The position numbers and the translations under genes were made by a program. A stretch of DNA of 40,932 nt from contig DASRNX010000052.1 of assembly GCA_035647175.1 (NCBI GenBank), positions 1 through 40,932 of the forward strand, read 5' to 3'. The notes beneath the pieces were generated by a model. It searched no databases, was not told where the DNA came from, and saw only the letters and a list, made by a program, of their open reading frames with translations. Source of the stretch: Clostridia bacterium. Lineage in GTDB: Bacteria > Bacillota > Clostridia > Caldicoprobacterales > UBA3941. Below, piece after piece: positions 8,913-16,693 of the stretch; the first letter of the stretch is position 1, and each line of letters begins with the position of its first letter.

Positions 8913-9858
8913 ACCGATAGAAGGCATGGCTGCCTATACTGGTAATATATTGTCTATTGTTCACTATCCAGCTGCCGGCGGCCTTTCGTGGATTAAAGAA
9001 GTATAAGGCGCTGCCAACGGGCTTACTTCCCCAATATGCCTCTTCCGCCGCTTTAATACATTCGGCGCTGGGATTGTTATATATTGTTCCGTCCTCTACG
9101 GGGCTGAACTGGGGTATATTATAATAATATTCGAATATGACATTATAAATTGTATTCGGAAATTGGTTCGAACTTACCCTGTTCATTATGACATTCCCCA
9201 CTGCTACCTTCCCCGTATATGATTCGCCCTGGGATTCGGCATGGATAATCCTAGCCAGCCAAAATATATCGTCTCTCTGCTTGGCAGTTAAGGCATTCCT
9301 GTCAGCAGTGCTGTTACCGGCGGGCTTTCCGCCGAATAGAACACCCTGGGTCTGTGGACCTGCTATCCCATCTATCTTGAGCCTATAGTCTATTTGGAAA
9401 GCGATTACCGCATTTTCTGTAACATGGCCGTAGTATGCAGTCGCTGTACCCCTGAAATATCCTAGGCCTTTAAGTGCATTTTGAAGATCCCTTACCCTTT
9501 CGTTATACATTCCAAAGTACAAGGAGCCCGTGTAGCCGGTACCGGTATTTCCTCCGTATAGGGCTGTCTGAGTCTTTTGACCGGCGATGCCGTCGACGTA
9601 GAGCCCGTAATCCCTTTGAAATCTTGTTACCGCATCCCTGGTTATGGTCCCGTAGTAATCGGTAATCTTGGGATATGTAAAATATCCCCCGTTCTTAAGC
9701 GCTTGTTGCAACCGTGAAACCGCCTGTCCCCTACTTCCGAGCCTGAGTACAGGATAAGTCGCAGCCTGAACCGGCATTGCCGTGCTTAAAACTAAACCTG
9801 CAACCAATATCACGGTTACTGCCATAACCAATGTAACTCCCCTTTTCTTTCTGTTCAC
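8911..9858 (-). CDS. sleB: Spore cortex-lytic / cell-wall hydrolase with two peptidoglycan-binding repeats (SleB-like)
   Basis: GTG start after AGAGGGGGA and a signal-like N-terminus. There are two PG_binding_1-like repeats (GSRGQAVSRLQQAL..., NERVRDLQNAL...). The C-terminal SleB/CwlJ-type hydrolase domain includes IIHAESQGESYTGKVAVGNVIMNRV. Confidence 0.8.
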   Translation of the reverse strand: MNRKKRGVTLVMAVTVILVAGLVLSTAMPVQAATYPVLRLGSRGQAVSRLQQALKNGGYFTYPKITDYYGTITRDAVTRFQRDYGLYVDGIAGQKTQTALYGGNTGTGYTGSLYFGMYNERVRDLQNALKGLGYFRGTATAYYGHVTENAVIAFQIDYRLKIDGIAGPQTQGVLFGGKPAGNSTADRNALTAKQRDDIFWLARIIHAESQGESYTGKVAVGNVIMNRVSSNQFPNTIYNVIFEYYYNIPQFSPVEDGTIYNNPSAECIKAAEEAYWGSKPVGSALYFFNPRKAAGSWIVNNRQYITSIGSHAFYR

Positions 9859-10048
9859 AGAAATCCCCCTCTATATGCATTATGTTAAGTTACCATAATC
9901 CATTATAAGGGGGGGTAGTTTCTCGGTCAAACCCCTGGGTGGCTGTGTTTCTGTTTTATTACAATATTGTGACATGAATGTTAACTATTATTAATTTTTC
10001 CTTACTGTTTCATGGTTATACCAATTTTATCCATAACTATACCCCATA

Positions 10049-10978
10049 TCATAGTCTATTAACCTGGACTTTGGGCAGTAGACTTTCAAAATCCCTTCTC
10101 GTACACATCAGGGTCCCTTCCCTAATGACCGATGCTGTTGCTGCGGCTACACCGTATCTGAGCATCTCCTTCAAATCCAGACCCTCTTTTATAGCAAGAC
10201 AAAATCCGGCTATAACGGAATCTCCCGCACCGGTAGTCCCTTTTACATCGACCTTAAGTGCCGGTGCATAATACGCATGGCTTTCATTTACTATAACGGC
10301 GCCCTCCGCGCCTAACGAAACCCCTATTACCTTTACGCCTTTATCCAGGAAAACCTGTGCCGCCTTAACGATATCCCCATGGGAAGTAATCTTAATCTTC
10401 AATGCTGTTTCCAGTTCAAATAAGTTAGGCTTGATTAAATCTGGGCTCCCCTTTAAACCATGTAACAATAGATCACCCTCGGCATCTAATATGGTCTTAA
10501 CCGAAAGATCGGATACCGATCCCAATAAATCCTTATATATACCGGTGGGGACCCCTTTGGGGGCGCTGCCGCTCAATACTAGAATATCGCTACGGAGACA
10601 ATGCGCCACAAGCTTATTCTTAAGTTCTGCTAGTACTTCATCGGTCACCATATGTCCGCTTTCGTTCAGCTCGGTAACCGCTTTGGTAGATCTGTCATAG
10701 ACCTTATGGTTTATCCTTACTTCCCCGTCTGCCATTACAAAATCATGGGCTATGTCATCCCTATCTAATCGCTGCTCTATCAGATTTCCATTTTCCCTGT
10801 AGTTGATGCCTGTACATAGAGCTTGGCCGCCCAGCTGACTATAGGCAATAGCCACGTTTATTCCCTTTCCCGAAGGATCAATCCGACTCCCGATTATTCG
10901 GTTCATTCCTCCGTATGTAAAACCCTCTATGGTTATCGTCTTGTCTATGGATGGATTCAAAGTTACAGTAGTAATCAT
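10049..10978 (-). CDS. fruK: 1-phosphofructokinase / tagatose-6-P kinase family (PfkB) sugar kinase
   Basis: MITTVTLNPSIDKT..., GKGINVA and a C-terminal GAGDSVIAG motif. It is colinear with FruK/LacC as I recall them. No fruR or PTS genes are adjacent. Confidence 0.75.
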   Translation of the reverse strand: MITTVTLNPSIDKTITIEGFTYGGMNRIIGSRIDPSGKGINVAIAYSQLGGQALCTGINYRENGNLIEQRLDRDDIAHDFVMADGEVRINHKVYDRSTKAVTELNESGHMVTDEVLAELKNKLVAHCLRSDILVLSGSAPKGVPTGIYKDLLGSVSDLSVKTILDAEGDLLLHGLKGSPDLIKPNLFELETALKIKITSHGDIVKAAQVFLDKGVKVIGVSLGAEGAVIVNESHAYYAPALKVDVKGTTGAGDSVIAGFCLAIKEGLDLKEMLRYGVAAATASVIREGTLMCTRRDFESLLPKVQVNRL

Positions 10979-10997
10979 ACCGATCCCCTTCTTACAA

Positions 10998-11030
10998 TTT
11001 AAAAAGCCGGGAACCCCAAGGCGCCCGGCT
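10998..11030 (-). terminator. Rho-independent terminator after the EF-G paralogue
   Basis: The minus strand reads AGCCGGG-12 nt-CCCGGCT followed by UUUUAAAUU, starting 8 nt after the stop at 11039. Confidence 0.55.
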
Positions 11031-11038
11031 CTTATCTC

Positions 11039-13120
11039 TTATTGCTGCTCTCTTTCCATTTTAGCCTGTTCGATTACTTTTGTGCTGATATTCCCCGGTA
11101 CCTCCTCGTACCGAATAAAGGTCAGCTTAAAGCTCCCCCGGGCCTGGGTCATTGAGCGAAGATCAGTGGCATATTTAAACATTTCAGCTTGGGGAACCTC
11201 CGCTTCGATGCATTGGAGTCCTCCCGCTATTGGTGTCATGCCAAGAATTCTGCCTCTACGGCGGTTTAAGTCGCCAATAATGTCGCCCATATATTCATCA
11301 TTGACTGTTACCTCAGCCTTCATAATGGGCTCTAATAGTACCGGATTGGCTTGTTCCAGCTTTCTAAAGGCGAGATATGATGCCATCTTAAAGGCCATTT
11401 CGGAAGAGTCCACGCTGTGATACGATCCGTCGTATAATGTTGCTCTTAATCCTACCATGGGGTAGCCGGCCAATACGCCATTTGGCAAAGATTCCTGTAG
11501 ACCTTTTTCAACAGCAGGAATGTATTGTCTGGGGACTACACCGCCAACTATCTTATCAACAAATTCAAACTGTGTATCCGCATCTGTCAAGGGTTCGAAT
11601 TCGATCCATACATGACCGAACTGTCCATGGCCGCCGCTTTGTTTTTTGTGTCTCCCCTCTGCCTTGACGGGTTTTCTTATGGTTTCCCTGTAGGCGACCT
11701 TGGGATCTTTATACAACGCTCCGACACCGAACTTAGCCTTCAATCTGCTGGAGATAACATCCAATTGCATCTCCCCTACTCCGCTGATTAAGGTTTGGTT
11801 GGTCTCCGGGTTGGTTACTATCTCAAAGGTCGGATCTTCTTCTACCATCCTGTTAAGGCCTCCGAAGACCTTGTCCTCTTCCCCTTCTTTCTCTGACACT
11901 ATAGCCATAGAAATTGCGGGCTCCGGAAATTCTATGCCCTTGTATACTACAGGCGAAGTTGCATCACATAGGGTGTCCCCGGTCTCGGTCTGCTGCAATT
12001 TAGCAAAGGCCCCGATATCACCGGCGGTAATTTTGGTTACCTGATTTTGTTTTTTTCCCTTTAAAGTATATAGGGCAGTAGTCTTTTCGTTGGTATCCTT
12101 GCTTGCATTGTATACGGTAGCACCGCTGTTCAGCTCACCGGACATCACTTTAAATATGGATAACTTACCCACAAAGGGATCGACAACGGTTTTAAATACC
12201 AAGGCTGAAAAGGGTTCTGTGACCTTCATCTCACGCCTCATCACTTCTTCAGTTCTAGGATTAGTCCCCTTGAAAGAGGGCCTGTCACATGGTGACGGCA
12301 GATAATTTACCACCTCGTCCAACAATACCTTAACCCCGGTATTATTAACGGCAGAACCGCATAGTATGGGAACTATATCTCCGATCAGGACACCGTGGCG
12401 AATCGCGCTTGTTAGCTCTTCGGTGGTGATCTCTTCACCTTCGAAATATTTTTCCATCAATTCTTCGCTGGTTTCCACCGCCGCCTCAACCAACATGGTA
12501 CGAATAGGCTCTACCTCTTCCATCATCGAATCAGGAATAGGGGCATCCTTCAACTCTTTACCGTCAAATATCTTAGCGTTCATCCTCAGGGCATCGACGA
12601 AGCCTTTGAATTCTCCGCCTTCCATTATGGGAATCTGGAAAGGGGCGATGGATGTTCCGTACTTATCCTTTAGCTGGTCCATTACCTTTGGAAAGTTAGC
12701 ATTTTCGCGGTCCATTTGATTGATAAATACCATTCTGGGAATGACATGACTTTCACAATAATCCCATGCCTTTTCTGTGCCTACCATTAGACCGGATACA
12801 GCCCCAACCACAAGCACGGCACTGTCAACTACCCTCAAGGCCCCCAACATTTCCCCGACGAAGTCGAAATATCCCGGAACATCAATAACATTAACTTTAT
12901 GATTATTCCATTCCAATGGAGCCAGTGCGGAGCTGATGGAAATTTTCCTTTTTATTTCTTCGGGATCATAATCGGTAGTGGTAGTCCCATCCTCAACGCG
13001 ACCAAAGCGGTCTGTACCACCCGCGTTAAATAGCATGGCTTCGGTCAAAGTAGTTTTTCCTTCACTGCCGTGACCCACAATGGCAATATTGCGAATTTCT
13101 TTTGTCTCGTAATTTTTCAT
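11039..13120 (-). CDS. Elongation factor G paralogue (EF-G2-like translational GTPase)
   Basis: 693 aa with G1 GHGSEGKT, GRVEDGTTTTDYDPEE, G3 DVPGY (Tyr84, codon 12869-12871, where canonical EF-G has DTPGH) and G4 NQMD. EF-G domains II-V are colinear. Confidence 0.85.
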   Translation of the reverse strand: MKNYETKEIRNIAIVGHGSEGKTTLTEAMLFNAGGTDRFGRVEDGTTTTDYDPEEIKRKISISSALAPLEWNNHKVNVIDVPGYFDFVGEMLGALRVVDSAVLVVGAVSGLMVGTEKAWDYCESHVIPRMVFINQMDRENANFPKVMDQLKDKYGTSIAPFQIPIMEGGEFKGFVDALRMNAKIFDGKELKDAPIPDSMMEEVEPIRTMLVEAAVETSEELMEKYFEGEEITTEELTSAIRHGVLIGDIVPILCGSAVNNTGVKVLLDEVVNYLPSPCDRPSFKGTNPRTEEVMRREMKVTEPFSALVFKTVVDPFVGKLSIFKVMSGELNSGATVYNASKDTNEKTTALYTLKGKKQNQVTKITAGDIGAFAKLQQTETGDTLCDATSPVVYKGIEFPEPAISMAIVSEKEGEEDKVFGGLNRMVEEDPTFEIVTNPETNQTLISGVGEMQLDVISSRLKAKFGVGALYKDPKVAYRETIRKPVKAEGRHKKQSGGHGQFGHVWIEFEPLTDADTQFEFVDKIVGGVVPRQYIPAVEKGLQESLPNGVLAGYPMVGLRATLYDGSYHSVDSSEMAFKMASYLAFRKLEQANPVLLEPIMKAEVTVNDEYMGDIIGDLNRRRGRILGMTPIAGGLQCIEAEVPQAEMFKYATDLRSMTQARGSFKLTFIRYEEVPGNISTKVIEQAKMEREQQ

Positions 13121-13669
13121 GCATAATCCCCCTCTTTAATAATATTGCTATATCCCTAATCCCAGGAAAATCGGAAATCAATATATGGCATCCGGCAGAT
13201 AATCCCTGCTCATAAGCCAGTTAGAAAGCCCAAAAAACATATTGTTCACCAGGCTAGGATAAAATCCTAACAGACTAAGTTTTTTGATACTCCGGCTAAC
13301 CAATTGCTTTTTTTGATAGCGCCTTTAAAGTAAAAGGACAAATTAGAGCTCTCAATGAACAGCTGATATTGAAATAAGTGTTTACCGGGATAGTTAACCA
13401 TAAAATCCATCGGCCGCGTATAATGAAATAACAAAACTGCCAGTTTGGTTACAATTGCCTATTGGTTTGATCATATAATTTATATGTACCAATAGAAATC
13501 AGAATTTATCTTTAAGAGCACCGGAAACAATTACTTCAGTTACGTTATATTGTAACATAAATTTTAATTTTGCGCACTAAAGATTTTAGATTAAGGTGAC
13601 AGCATGGCCGGTTGTACAACATAAAAATGTTATGGAAATTTTATGGTATCTCATTCACCTTCGTATTCC

Positions 13670-13698
13670 TTGACTTTTATGAATATTGAGTATAGAAT
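13670..13698 (+). promoter_or_regulatory. Candidate sigma-A promoter of aroB
   Basis: TTGACT (13670-13675), 17 nt, TAGAAT (13693-13698), about 70 nt upstream of the aroB ATG. Confidence 0.5.
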
Positions 13699-13770
13699 CA
13701 ACTAAAAATCATCCTTTGTTTCCGCCATGTTCTTTGATTCTTGCAGTACTTTTTAGGAGATAGATGCCCT

Positions 13771-14877
13771 ATGAAACCCATAAATATAAACTTAGATTTA
13801 CCAATTAATCCGTATTCTATACATATTGAGAAGTCCTGGGGGGGCCTTGAAGGGGCGCTAAAACCCTTTATCGGGCACAAGACCATGCTAATAACCGATG
13901 AGAACGTAAATAATCTGTTTGCCCGCGATATAGCCTCGATTCTTAGTTTCATGGGATGCCAGGTTAATGTGGCTGTTGTCAAACCCGGCGAGGCAAGTAA
14001 GAGCCTAGAAATCGCAGAAACGCTGTATACCCGGGCCTTGGAGGCGAACCTTGACAGATCGTCTTCTATTATCGCCTTAGGTGGGGGCGTGGTGGGCGAT
14101 CTTGCAGGTTTTGTTGCGGCAACCTATATGAGGGGTATAAACTATGTACAGATCCCGACCACCCTGCTGGCCCAAGTAGATAGCAGCGTAGGCGGAAAGG
14201 TGGCAGTAAACCATCCCTTAGCAAAGAATATCATAGGTAACTTTTATCAACCAAAGTCTGTCTATATCAACATAGACACCCTGAAGACCCTACCCGAGAG
14301 ACAATTTTCCACGGGTATGGCTGAATTGATAAAGTACGGATTTATATGGGATAACGGATTTTTAAAATGGCTCCAATCCAATATACACGATATAATGAAC
14401 AGGCAGGAAGAGGGGCTTGCCCGTGCTGTCGGATGCTCCTGCGAGATAAAAGCCCATATAGTAAGCCGGGATGAAAGGGAAAAGGGCCTTAGGGCAATCC
14501 TCAACTTTGGGCATACCGTCGGCCATGGTCTGGAATCATTAACAAACTATGACCTATATACCCACGGTGAGGCTGTCTCCTTGGGTATGGTATACGAATC
14601 CTCAATAGCCTGTCGAATGGGCCTGGTGGATAAATCAATGGTCGATCTTCTCATTCGGCTCCTCGACAAAGCTAACCTCCCAACGGAAATTCATGGTGTT
14701 GATACCGAGGCGCTTATAAAAGCCATGGCCCATGACAAGAAGAACCAAGGTGATTCCATCGTTTTTGTACTCCCCATAGGAATTGGCAAAGTGGATGTTT
14801 TCAATAATATTGACAGCGGATTAATCCGCGAGGTATTTAAGATATCGCCTAAGGATTTTTTGGCTGAACCTTGGTGA
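13771..14877 (+). CDS. aroB: 3-dehydroquinate synthase
   Basis: GGGVVGDLAGFVAATYMRG, the metal/NAD motifs (KYGFIWD, NFGHTVGH) and the typical length. The ATG at 13771 follows AGGAGA. The frame is open from 13741. Confidence 0.9.
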   Translation: MKPININLDLPINPYSIHIEKSWGGLEGALKPFIGHKTMLITDENVNNLFARDIASILSFMGCQVNVAVVKPGEASKSLEIAETLYTRALEANLDRSSSIIALGGGVVGDLAGFVAATYMRGINYVQIPTTLLAQVDSSVGGKVAVNHPLAKNIIGNFYQPKSVYINIDTLKTLPERQFSTGMAELIKYGFIWDNGFLKWLQSNIHDIMNRQEEGLARAVGCSCEIKAHIVSRDEREKGLRAILNFGHTVGHGLESLTNYDLYTHGEAVSLGMVYESSIACRMGLVDKSMVDLLIRLLDKANLPTEIHGVDTEALIKAMAHDKKNQGDSIVFVLPIGIGKVDVFNNIDSGLIREVFKISPKDFLAEPW

Positions 14878-15140
14878 GTATAGCCCTTATAACAGAGTGT
14901 AATTCTTTTGTACAGCACGTTTGGCAGTGTGTTTTTTAAAAATTCTCCAAATGAATTCTGTATAAATTCGTCTGTTGTGTTGGTTACAGATAATCATGCT
15001 GGTAATGGCTATTTAACGCCAAGTGCCAATGGAGTCATCCGCTTTTCAATAGCCCATTACGCAGATGTTTTACGATATGCATCTTACATTACGTGTCAGA
15101 TATCGAGAAACATTTTCCTTGGCTTATATGTTGCGAAAAC

Positions 15141-15169
15141 TACATTGATCTTACATTGATCTATTGATA
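15141..15169 (+). repeat. Tandem direct repeat TACATTGATCT x2 plus a partial third copy
   Basis: The two 11-nt units at 15141-15151 and 15152-15162 are identical. ATTGATA follows. The repeat lies 65-90 nt upstream of hisC. Confidence 0.6.
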
Positions 15170-15193
15170 GGCCTTTTTCGTAACATATATAGA
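15164..15193 (+). promoter_or_regulatory. Candidate hisC promoter
   Basis: TTGATA (15164-15169), 18 nt, TATAGA (15188-15193). AGGAGG lies 7 nt before the ATG at 15234. Confidence 0.35.
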
Positions 15194-15233
15194 TAACGAA
15201 GCAGCATAACGCATTAAATTAGGAGGAACTCAT

Positions 15234-16328
15234 ATGGTAAAACAAAGAAATGCCATCAATAACCTTAACCCTTATATTCCCGGAAAGCCCATAAGCGAGG
15301 TCCAAAGGGAACTGGGGCTCGACAGAGTAATTAAGTTGGCGTCCAATGAAAATCCCCTGGGAAATTCCCCTGCCGCTTCCAAAGCGGTAAAGGATTGGGC
15401 CCAGAATATGGCTATCTATCCCGATGGGAATAGTGCAGATCTAAAAGCAGCTCTATCTGAAAAGTTGGGAGTAGGCCCGGAACAGCTTCTGTTTGGGTCA
15501 GGAACCGATCAAATTCTGGAGATAATCGCACAAACCTATATAAATCCGGGAGATAACGCCATCATGGGGGATCCGTCCTTTCCCAGATATGAAACCGTCG
15601 TAAGGGTGATGGATGGGGAGATCATAAAAATACCCTTGACCGGGGAACACCGATTGGATCTGGAGGGATTCTTAAGTAAAGTAGATTCAAGGACCAAGAT
15701 AATCTGGCTGTGCAACCCCAATAATCCTACAGGGACTATGATCACCGCCAAAGAGCAAAGGGATTTTATTGAAAGGATACCCGGCGATGTGCTGGTAGTG
15801 CTCGATGAGGCCTATTACGAGTACGCATTTGGCAACGATTATCCCGATAGTATAGGGCTCCTGGATGAGTTCAAAAACTTGTTGATACTAAGGACCTTCT
15901 CAAAGGCCTACGGTCTCGCCGGTCTGAGAGTCGGATATGCAATATCCAACAGTGACACCATTGGATACCTTAACCGGGTCAGGGGTCCCTTTAATACTAA
16001 TGCGGCGGCCCAAACAGCTGCTGTAGCTGCCCTCGGGGATAAGGATTTCATTGACAAGAGCATTGCGAATAATGTCAGGGGTAAAGAGTTCCTATACTCC
16101 TCCTTTGAAGGGATGGGCCTGGATTACATCCCCACCTATGCTAACTTTTTGATGGTGAGAGTTAACCTGCCAAGCGCCCATGTTTTTGGGGAACTCCTGA
16201 AAAAGGGTGTCATTATAAGGTCCGGTGATATCTTCGGTATGGATGATTGGATAAGGGTCACAGTCGGTACCGAGGAGGAGAACAACCTTTTCATAAAAGC
16301 CCTAGGGGAGGTTCTAGCTGGTAAGTAA
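15234..16328 (+). CDS. hisC: Histidinol-phosphate / aromatic aminotransferase (class II PLP aminotransferase)
   Basis: LASNENPLG and the PLP-lysine motif FSKAYGLAGLRVGY. Its position inside an aro/tyr cluster suggests an aromatic aminotransferase role. Confidence 0.85.
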   Translation: MVKQRNAINNLNPYIPGKPISEVQRELGLDRVIKLASNENPLGNSPAASKAVKDWAQNMAIYPDGNSADLKAALSEKLGVGPEQLLFGSGTDQILEIIAQTYINPGDNAIMGDPSFPRYETVVRVMDGEIIKIPLTGEHRLDLEGFLSKVDSRTKIIWLCNPNNPTGTMITAKEQRDFIERIPGDVLVVLDEAYYEYAFGNDYPDSIGLLDEFKNLLILRTFSKAYGLAGLRVGYAISNSDTIGYLNRVRGPFNTNAAAQTAAVAALGDKDFIDKSIANNVRGKEFLYSSFEGMGLDYIPTYANFLMVRVNLPSAHVFGELLKKGVIIRSGDIFGMDDWIRVTVGTEEENNLFIKALGEVLAGK

Positions 16329-16354
16329 AGCCCGTCAGTGAGACCGCCCGAAAT

Positions 16355-16600
16355 AATGTGGGAAATATAAGGATTTTATGGGGCCGCTTAAAACAATGTA
16401 GGGAATACAAAGGGTGAATGGGGTCCACTCAAGGCAGTGCAGGGAATACAAAGGCTTATTAGGCCTACTCAGTGCAATGAAGGGAGCACCAAGGGTGAAT
16501 GGGTCCATAAGCGTTGCGAAGACTAAGGTTCATAGAAACTAACGGATCCATCCAAGATAATGTAGGGAATATGGAAGTATGGTAATACGGTAGACTATAT
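16355..16600 (+). repeat. Six degenerate tandem repeats of ~40-41 nt
   Basis: Units start at 16355, 16395, 16436, 16476, ~16518 and 16559. The approximate consensus is AATGTAGGGAATACAAAGG-GTGAATGGGGTCC-ACTCAAGGC. The region is purine-rich on the plus strand and stops occur in all frames. Confidence 0.65.
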
Positions 16601-16609
16601 ATGTTGGGT

Positions 16610-16643
16610 GCGGCGTCTGAATAATTATTCAGGTATCTGCCGC
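16610..16643 (+). promoter_or_regulatory. Compound palindrome / hairpin upstream of aroF
   Basis: GCGGC..CTGAATAATTATTCAG..GCCGC. The inner 16 bp (16617-16632) form a perfect palindrome. It lies 50-85 nt upstream of the aroF ATG and overlaps a weak TTCAGG-16-TATAGA promoter candidate. Confidence 0.35.
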
Positions 16644-16693
16644 GGAACATATAGAAGCAATGTAAAATAATTTTAGAAGCGAGGAATGGTAGT

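Noticed and set aside
10929-11420. 163-aa plus-strand ORF across the fruK/EF-G junction
   Set aside because: It is antisense to two genes and runs through their terminator. It has no coding signal of its own.
11592-11600. GGTTCGAAT, a tRNA T-arm-like motif
   Set aside because: It lies inside the EF-G paralogue coding frame, and no acceptor or anticodon arms surround it.
13698-13982. 94-aa minus-strand ORF overlapping the aroB start
   Set aside because: It overlaps the aroB promoter and N-terminal coding region, and it has no RBS and no motif.
14908-15159. 83-aa TTG-initiated ORF in the aroB-hisC spacer
   Set aside because: It has no RBS, the AT-rich random-like composition of non-coding DNA, and no recognisable similarity. 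The spacer is kept only as unexplained DNA in the findings.
16355-16600. CRISPR array as an explanation for the ~40-nt periodicity
   Set aside because: The whole unit is conserved but degenerate, so there is no alternation of identical repeats with unique spacers. The units have no palindromic repeat core, and there are no cas genes in the window.
14878-16693. T-box or TRAP-type leaders in the two long spacers of the aromatic cluster
   Set aside because: I searched by eye for the T-box core (AAnnnGGGUGGnACCGCG). Only the weak partial TTGGGTGCGGCG at ~16604 was found, with no specifier or antiterminator architecture. There is no (G/U)AG array with 2-3-nt spacing.
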